A DNA stretch of 64,000 bases from assembly GCA_958296135.2 (NCBI GenBank), contig CATQHZ020000001.1, positions 2,272,001 through 2,336,000 on the forward strand, read 5' to 3'. Shown here in pieces: positions 50,001 to 59,000 of the stretch. The stretch is from an uncultured Poribacteria bacterium (GTDB lineage Bacteria > Poribacteria > WGA-4E > WGA-3G). The notes under the pieces are model-generated. The model saw nothing but the letters and a program-made list of their open reading frames with translations. It had not been told where the DNA came from and ran no database searches. Numbering within the stretch: position 1 is the first letter of the stretch; the number at the start of each line of letters is the position of its first letter. The position numbers and the translations under genes are program-made.

Positions 50001-53000
50001 GGTGACAGTTAGCACCTGTGCTTTCTGCGCCGCCCGCGCGCCCGTGCCGCTCGTCGCCGTGACTTCTACTTTGTAGGTGTTGTTTCCAGCAGCCGAGGCG
50101 GTGGCCTCATAGTCCGGCGCAGCCCTGAACGCCAATTTCCCTATGTTCGCGCCTGTCTCGGTGATGGAAAACTTCAAGTTATCCGCACCACCGCTTATCC
50201 TATACCGCGTGATGCTATCGCTCGCATCGCTGTCCGTCGCACTGACGGTGCCTACCGCCGTGGCATTTTCCACGATGGAGAACGTCGTCGTGGAGAAACT
50301 CGGGACCGCATTCACCGCCGTGCTACCGCTACCGGTAGCAGACCAGGGGCTATCGCCCTCGGCGTTTCTCGCACGCACCCGCACCTGATACGCCGTCCCT
50401 TTCGTGAGACCGCGCAGCGTCGTGGAAGTCCCGGTCACGGTGCCAGCAGCGAGCGTGAAAGTCCCCGTGCTCCCTTGGCGATACTGCAACTTATACCCGC
50501 TTATTGCCGGCTTGCCGGTGTTCAACGGCGCACTCCAACTCACGCCGAGACTTGTCGGCGTAGCAGAAACACCCGACACCGTCGGCGCAGCCGGCGCTAT
50601 CGGCGGCTCACTCGCATCTGTCACCGTGATGGTGAACAGCCGAGCCGTTTCTGCCACCCGGGCACCCGCACCGCTCGTCACCGTAATCTGCACTTTGTAG
50701 ACGTTGCTACCCGCCGACGAGGCAGTGGCCTCAAAATCGGGGGCAGCCGCGAACACTAACTTCCCTTTGTTCGCCCCTGTCTCCGTAATAGTAAACTTCG
50801 AGCTATCCGCGCCACCGCTTATCCTATACCGCGTGATGCTATCGCCCGTATCGCTATCCGTCGCACTGACGGTGCCTACCGCCGTCTCATTTTCCGCGAG
50901 GGAGAACGTCGTCGTGGAGAAACTCGGGACCGCATTCACCGCCGTGCTACCGCTACCCGCGGCAGACCAGGGGCTATCGCCCTCGGCGTTTCGCGCACGC
51001 ACCTGCACCTGATACGCCGTGGCTTTCGTCAACCCTGTCAGTGTCGTCGAGGTGCCAGTGAAGGTGCCGGTCACCGGCGCGAAATTCCCCGTGTTCCCTT
51101 GGCGATACCGCAACTTATACCCGCTTATCGCCGGCTTGCCGGTGTTCAACGGCGCACTCCAACTCACGCCGAGACTTGTCGGCGTAGCAGAAACACCCGA
51201 CACCGTCGGCGCAGCCGGCGCTATCGGCGGTTCAGTCGCATCTGTCACCGTGATAGTGAAAGTTTGCGCGGTACCTGTCAGGACGCGCGCGCCCGTGCCG
51301 CTTGTCGCCGTGAGAGCCACTTTGTAAGTATTGTTTCCGGCAGCCGAGGCAGTGGCCTCAAAATCGGGGGCAGCCCTGAACGCCAATTTCCCTTTGTTTG
51401 TCCCTGTCTCCGTAATAGTAAACTTCGAGCTATCCGCGCCACCGCTTATCTGATACCGCGTGATGCTATCGCTCGCATCGCTGTCCGTCGCACTGACGGT
51501 GCCTACCGCCGTCTCATTTTCCGCAATGGAGAACGTCGTCGTGGAGAAACTCGGGACCGCATTCACCGCCGTGCTACCGCTACCCGCGGCAGACCAGGGG
51601 CTATCGCCCTCGGCGTTTCTCGCACGCACCCGCACCTGATAGGCCGTCCCTTTCGTCAGACCGCGCAGCGTCGTGGAAGTCCCGGTCACGGTGCCAGCGG
51701 CGAGCGTGAAATTCCCTGTGTTCCCTTGGCGATACTGCAACTTATACCCGCTTATTGCCGGCTTGCCGGTGTTCAACGGCGCACTCCAACTCACGCCGAG
51801 ACTTGTCGGCGTAGCAGAAACACCCGACACCGTCGGCGCAGCCGGCGCTATCGGCGGCTCAGTCGCATCTGTCACCGAGATGGTGAACAGCCGAGCCGTT
51901 TCTGCCACCCGGGCACCCGCACCGCTCGTCACCGTAATCTGCACTTTGTAGACGTTGCTACCTGCAGCCGAGGCAGTGGCCTCAAAATCGGGGGCAGCCG
52001 CAAACACTAACTTCCCTATGTTTGTCCCTGTCTCCGTAATAGTAAACTTTGAGCTATCCGCGCCACCGCTTATCTGATACCGCGTGACGCTATCGCCCGC
52101 ATCGCTATCCGTCGCACTGACAGTGCCCACCGCCGTGGTGTTTTCCGCGAGGGAGAACGTCGTCGTTGAGAAACTCGGGGCCACATTCACCGCCGTCGTG
52201 CCATCGCCTTCATCCGACCAGGGGCCCGTGCCCTCATTGCTCGTCGCCCGCACTCGCACCTCATACGCCGTCCCTTGCGTCAACCCGGTCAGCGTCGTCG
52301 TCCGCGTCGTGCCCGTGACACTTGCATCCTGCCATGTGCCAACCGGTGCCCCTGTCCGGTAGTGGACATCATAGTCGGTTATCGCCGGCCCGGTGTTCGT
52401 AGGCTCTGCCCACGCGACGCTTAACTGCGCCGGCGTAGCACTCGCCGCTGTCACTGTCGGTGCAGTCGGCTTGCCGGGCTTCTCCGTAACATCTGTCACC
52501 GTTACCGTGAGCGTCCGTGTGGAACTCCCCCGGTTCCTCGCTGTGGCTTTCACCGTCACAATATATTCATTGTTGCCCGCCGCATTAGCGGGCGTGGTGC
52601 TCTCAACATCCGTCGGATTCTCATAATCCGGCGCGGCGGCGAACGTCAACACGCCGCCAGAAGCGGTAATCGAGAACTTGGCTCTATCCACGCCGCCCTC
52701 GGCATCTGTATCCGGGATAGAGTAGGTGACAGTGGCCCCCGTGGTATCCGTCGCTTCCACCGTCGTCACCGCCGTCGTATTCTCCGCCACCGAATAATCG
52801 GAAGTTACCGTGCGGAACGGCGGTTTCAACACCGAATCTGCGTTTGTTGTGCCCTTGCCAGAGGTTGACCAGGTGCCTTCACCCTCGGCATTATCGGCGC
52901 GCACCTGCACCGCATACTTCGTGCTCGCCGACAACCCTGTCAGGCGGGTTGTCAGCGTGGCATCGGCGGCAAGCTCATCCGCTGTCCCGGTTTTCTCTGT

Positions 53001-56000
53001 GAAACTCACCGAGGTCCCATCTACGCCATACCGCACATGGTAGTGCGCTATCGCCGGCTTCCCGGTGTTTGAAGGGGCCGTCCATGCCACGTCTAACTTA
53101 TCCGAATAGCCTGTCACCGGTGTCACCGATACCGCCGGCGGCGCGCTCGGCGGCTCGTTGGCATCCGATACCTCCACGATAAGCGTGCGCGCCTGAGCGG
53201 ATAACGCCCGCGCTGTCCCCGCCGCACTCGTCGCTGTCACAACCACAACATACTCGTTGTCCGTTGCCGCATTCGTCGGGCTCGTGCTGACAACATCGCC
53301 GGGGTTCTCATAGTCCGGGGCCGTGCGGAACGTCAATACACCCCCTGGCGACGTAATATCAAACTGCCCGCTATCCACACCGCTGAGCGAATAAGTGATA
53401 GCATCGCGCGCCGCATTGCTTGATGTCTTATCCGGGTCTGTCGCACTTACCGTCACAACCGCTGTCGTATTCTCTGGCACCGCGGACAGCGTGATGGGGG
53501 CCAAAACCGGCCTCTCGTTCACGTCTGTCACCGTCACGGCGATGCGCTGCCACGTGTTATCCTCACGCTCGCCGGTGCCGCTCGTCGCCGAGATGTAAAC
53601 GATATAGACGTTGTTCGCCGCGCCATCTGCCGGTGCCGGCAAGCTATGCGCCACATCTGCCGGATTCTCATAATCGGGCAGCGAGACGAAGGTTAACTTC
53701 CCTGCGTCTGTCCCCGTTTCAACGATGGAGAACTTCGCGCTATCCGCACCACCACTAATCTCGTAACTCGTGACGGTATCGCCAGCATCGGCATCGGTAG
53801 CAACAACGGTGCCGACAGCGGATACCCCCTCGTTTACCGAGAATGCCGTGGTACTAAATGTCGGCGCAGCGTTCGCCGCGGTTGACTGCGTTGTCGCATC
53901 CGACCAGGAGCTTACCCCCTCACTGTTTCTCGCGCGCACCCGCGCCTGATACGACGTGCCGCCTCCCAAATTTGCCAACACCTTAGTTCTGCTAGTACCA
54001 ATGTGCGTAGCACGGGTGTAACTGCCGCTCGTGCCGCTGCGATACTGCACATCGTAGTCCGTTATCGGATACCCGCTCGTTGTTGAGGGAGCCGTCCACG
54101 TGACAGTCAACTGGGTAGGACTGGCAGTAGCCGCCGTAACGCTAGGCGCAGCCGGTTTCTCCGGCGGCGGAACGTTTGTCACACGCACTATAAACCACGG
54201 AGAATATGCCGATTGCAACCGGGCCCCCGTGCCACTCGTCACCTTGAGCCGGAGACTATAGTCGTTGTCCCTCCTAGCAGAGTGATCTGCGGGGTCCGCC
54301 GGGCTCGAATTAAGCACGTCGGTAGGCCGCTCAAAATTAGGGGCCGCTGTGAAGGTTAACGCCCCTGACGGCGCAAGCGAGAACCGCCTTTCATCGCCGC
54401 CATCAAGCTCAAGTGTAGGCGTGCCATCCAGCCTATCCAGATCGGTGCCAGTAAACGTCGCAATTGTCGTTGTCGGCGGACTGTTTTCGACTACCGTGTA
54501 GAGGCTCTCCACAGTTACCGCCGGGGGCACGTTCGTCACACCGCTGCTGTAGGCAGACCAGATGCTCGTGCCTTCGCTACTTGTCGCACGCACTTGCACG
54601 GCATAATTAATATTGGCCGACAACGAAGAGATAGTCGTGCTTCTACTGGTGCCGGTGTGCGGAACATCTATCCACGTCCCATCATTCCCACTATACTCGA
54701 CATCGTAATCCGTAACCGGATACCCGGCGGTTGTTGAAGGAGCAAGCCACGTTACAGCCAAAGAGGTGCCCGAGGCCGGCACGACCGTGGGCGGAGCGGG
54801 CGGAGCGGAGGGCGGCACGTCCGTCACCGTTACAGAAACAACTTGGCTCGCTGTCCTCACCCTATCGCCGGTACCACTTGACGCGGTGACGGTGACAACA
54901 TAGAGGTTTTCACTATCCGTTGAACCCGGCGTTTCATAGTCGGGTGCCGTTTTGAAAGTTAACGCGCCCCCGGTGGTAATCTGGAACTTTGAAGCATCCG
55001 CGCCACTGAGGGTATAGCCGGTGACGTTATCCAACGCATCCGCATCAACAGCCGTCACTGTCCCCACCGCTGTCGTATTCTCGACGATGGAAAAACTCGC
55101 GGTACTGGTAAACCGCGGGACATTGTTCACGGCCGCCAGCGGCCCGGCACCGGAGGCATTCGTCCTGCCAGTACCGGAGTCAGACCAGGGGCCGATGCCT
55201 TCGCCGTTCACGGCGCGCACCTGCACCTCATAACTGCTATTCGCCAGCAAGCCCGTGAGCTGCCGCGTCGTCGTGCCAGCCAGAATGTTGGCATTCAACT
55301 CGGTAAAACTGCCCGTCGTGCCTTTCCGATACCGCAGATTGTAGTATTTTATCGCCGGGCCCAGGTTGTACGGCGCGCGCCAACTCACGTCTAACTTGGA
55401 ATTACTAGCGGCGACAGCACTCACCGTGGGCTGCCTAGGCTTATTAGGCGGCTCGGCGACATCCGTCACCGTCACTGTGACAGTCTGCGACGTGCTCCGA
55501 AGCCGCTCGGTATATATCGCATGGTTGGGTCCGTTGCTGCTGGACACAACCACCGTAAGGGTGTAGGTATTGGTGCCGGCGGTAGATGCCGGGTTTTCAT
55601 AGTTCCAGCCCCTAGTCGTTCGCGTTTCCAGACGGCCCTGCCCATCTATCAGGAATTTCAACCGGTCTGCGCCTTGCAGAGCGTAATCGAAATAGGTGTC
55701 TTGCGAGTCGCTATCGGTAGCCGTGAACGTTCCAACACTGTATTGATTTTCCGCCACCGTGAAACTAGTGGGGGTAAACGCCGGGGGCGCATTCGCCTCA
55801 CCGGTTGTAGAAGCCCAGGGGCCCGTGCCTTCATGGTTCTTGGCGCGCACCTGCGCCTCATACCGGATGCTTTTTGCCAAGTTATTCAGCGTCAGAGTCG
55901 CCCCGGTTCCCGTATGGCCCGCATCTCCCCACGCATCAGTAGTGCCATGCTTCCGATACTGCACATCGTAGCCGGTGATAGGCGGTTTCCCTGTCGTGAT

Positions 56001-59000
56001 AGGTGCATCCCAACTCAGCACCAGGCTCGTACCCAACGTGCTATGAGGGACTAACGCCAAGGAACTAACCGCCCCGGGCGGTTCATCCACGTCTGTCACC
56101 GTGATGGTAATTGTCTGTGCTGTGCTTTTTCTCCGCGCATATCTTTCGGCCCATGTTAGCCCGGACGCAATCCCCCGACTCTCTGCCACAATAACAATGC
56201 TATAGATATTGTCGCCGGCTGTCGCCGTGGGCTGTCCCGTGGTGCTCGCCGCATCTATCGGGTTTTCAAAATCGGGCGGTGGAACATTGAGATCGACGAG
56301 ATGTTGCCAAAACACCTGGCCATTTGAAAACATCTTGAACCGGGTTTTATCCGCGCCACCGTCAATCACGGGCCTTGAGCCGCTCAAAGAGCCAATCGAG
56401 TAGGTTACATAGCCATCCAAGGGGTCATCGTCTACGGCAGTAATTGTCCCAATCTTATAAGTCCTACTACTATTTTCGGGAATGGTGAAACTGGTGCCAC
56501 TCGTAAACCGTGGTGCCGTATTGACACTGATGTTCTCTTCGCCGGAGGCAGACCAGGGGCTCCAGCCTTCCGCATTGTGTGCGCGCACCTGCACCTCATA
56601 ATCGTTGTTATTCAGCACACCCGTGAGCGTCCGAGAGGTGGCAGTCCCGGTGTGTCCCGCATCGCTCCACGCATTCGGGGTGCCACTCGCGACTTTGACG
56701 CGGGACCGGACATCGTAATCGTCTATCGCCGGGCCCGTAGTGGAGGGTGCCGTCCAGGTGACATTCAGGGCCAGGGCACTGTTGACAGAACCTAAGGTTA
56801 CCGTCGGTGCAGCAGGCGTCCCGGGCGGTTCAGTCGCGTCTGTCACCGTCACGGTAATCATTTGCGAGACAGTGGCGAGGCGCGGGGCCTGCCCGCTAGT
56901 CACAGTGACTTTCACAAGATAGACGTTGTTGCTCGCCGCGTTGGCGGGTTGCGTGCTGAGCAGGTCCGCGGCGTTCTCGTAATCGGGTCCCATAGTGAAC
57001 GAGAGCGCGCCGGTGGTGCTATTCAGCGTAAACTGCGCCGCATCTACACCGCCCGTTATCGTATAACGGAACTGCGTATCTGTCGCATCTGCATCGGTGG
57101 CTGTCAGCGTGAGAAACGATGTCGTCGTATGCTCCGCAACGGTAGCGGTAGCCGCACTGCTGAACACCGGCGGGGTGTTGATGGTAACGCTGCCCCAGTT
57201 AGACCAGGGGCTATCGCCTTCGGGACTTTTCGCTTTGACCCGGAATTGATAGTTCGGATTCCCGTTGGGCCGCGTAAACACCAGCGAGGTGCCGGCCCCA
57301 GTGAAAGTCACATCGGTGCCGACACCCGCGAAGGGGAGCACGGCGGTATCTCGGTACTGCACATCGTAGTCGTTTATCGCCGGGCCGGTGTTGGTAGGCG
57401 CGCGCCAACTCACCCCCAGTCTATTTCGCGCGTTCGTATCCACCTGAGCCAGCACTACCACCGCGGGCGCGGCAGGGGTGCCGGGCGTTTCCGCTACGTC
57501 CGTGACAGTGATAGTTAGCTCGGCTTCGGTGTTCGCCTGCCGTACGCCGAAAAGCGGAACGCCGGGGAAGCCGGGGATTGACAGCGGTACGCGGCTCGTG
57601 GCAGTGACTTTGACGAGGTAGGCGTTATCCGCCGCAACGCTGGTTGATGGCACCAGTATGTCAAGCGGATCTTCATAGTTGGGCTGCTGTCGGAAAGACA
57701 GCGCGCCAGAAGTGGTATTAATTTGGAAGCGGGCGGCATCCCCGAACGTCGTGCTCAACGCGTAACCAACGACTTTATCCTCAGGATCCGCATCGGTTGC
57801 AGTCACATTAAGAGACGGCGTGCTGTTCTCCGGGTTCGAGAACGAACTTACGGAAAATACGGGCGACACCCCCGGTCCGTTCGTTACCAATAAAATCCGG
57901 TCCGAAACCGTACCCTCCTCCTTATTCCACGGCGTTAACTCCAGCATAAAGATGCCTCTCCGCGGCAGCACAATCCGTGCCGTTAGTTCCGGTGCGGAAG
58001 AACGATTATACAGCCAGAAATTCCTATCACGTCTACTGACAATGTAACTGTGACTCTGCGCCGGCGAGTCAATCACGCCTGTGTGAGATACCTCCCGTAC
58101 CACCGCTTTATAATACGATGGCGCGTCCTCTTGTGTACTAAGAAGCGGTTGGTTCCACTTGAACGTCACCGTGCGGCCCGATTCACCCGCCCCAGAACCA
58201 ACCGCGGTCTGCCGGAGGTTAATCGGTTTCTGTGGTGCTGAATCGAAATCGTTGGTAACGGTGACACCCATCTCATGCGTTGAGGTATGCAGATTGCCAT
58301 CTCTGTCTGTCACCGTAGCGGTGATTTGCAACAAATAGACATTGTCTGTCGCTGCACTGATAAGCTCGGAACCGGTTCCAACAATGCGTGTGTCAGTTGG
58401 ATTCTCGTAGTCAGGGGCAGTCAGGAATAGGAGTGTGCCGCGGCTGTGGGCACCGCTCGGACTGTTCAAGATAGAAAACTTGGGGCCATCGCCCCAGGTT
58501 CTTGTGATGCCGAGGATTATTGTGCGGCCATTGCCGTGTCCTGCCGGGTTCGCGAGATCGTAGATATCGGCATTGCTGCCGCTCATTCGGAATTCTGTCA
58601 CGCGAGTCTGATTTTCGCGAACCCAGACAGCAATAGGCACAGTGTTCCGGAAAACTGGGGGTTGCCTATCCACATCTTTTATTACATTGACAGGTATTGA
58701 GAGATAGGACGGATGTGTTGCGCCTTGGGCATCGGTAATCGTGGCGCGGATACCCAGCCAATATTGGTTGTCCCGGTCGTGAGACCTAAGTCTCCTGGGC
58801 CCTTGTGGACGCCCAAGCGTGGGCAACCAGGGGTTCGTCAGGGATTCGTACGCTCTGTAAATAAGGCGTCTGTCGGTTGGATTCTCGTAGTCGGGGGGAG
58901 TCTTGAACAGGATTGCGCCGCGCCCGTGTACACTTGTTGAGGTGTTCAAAACCTTAAAGTGGGAGTTATCGCCCCATTGGCCCGTCCTAACGTTAGAATA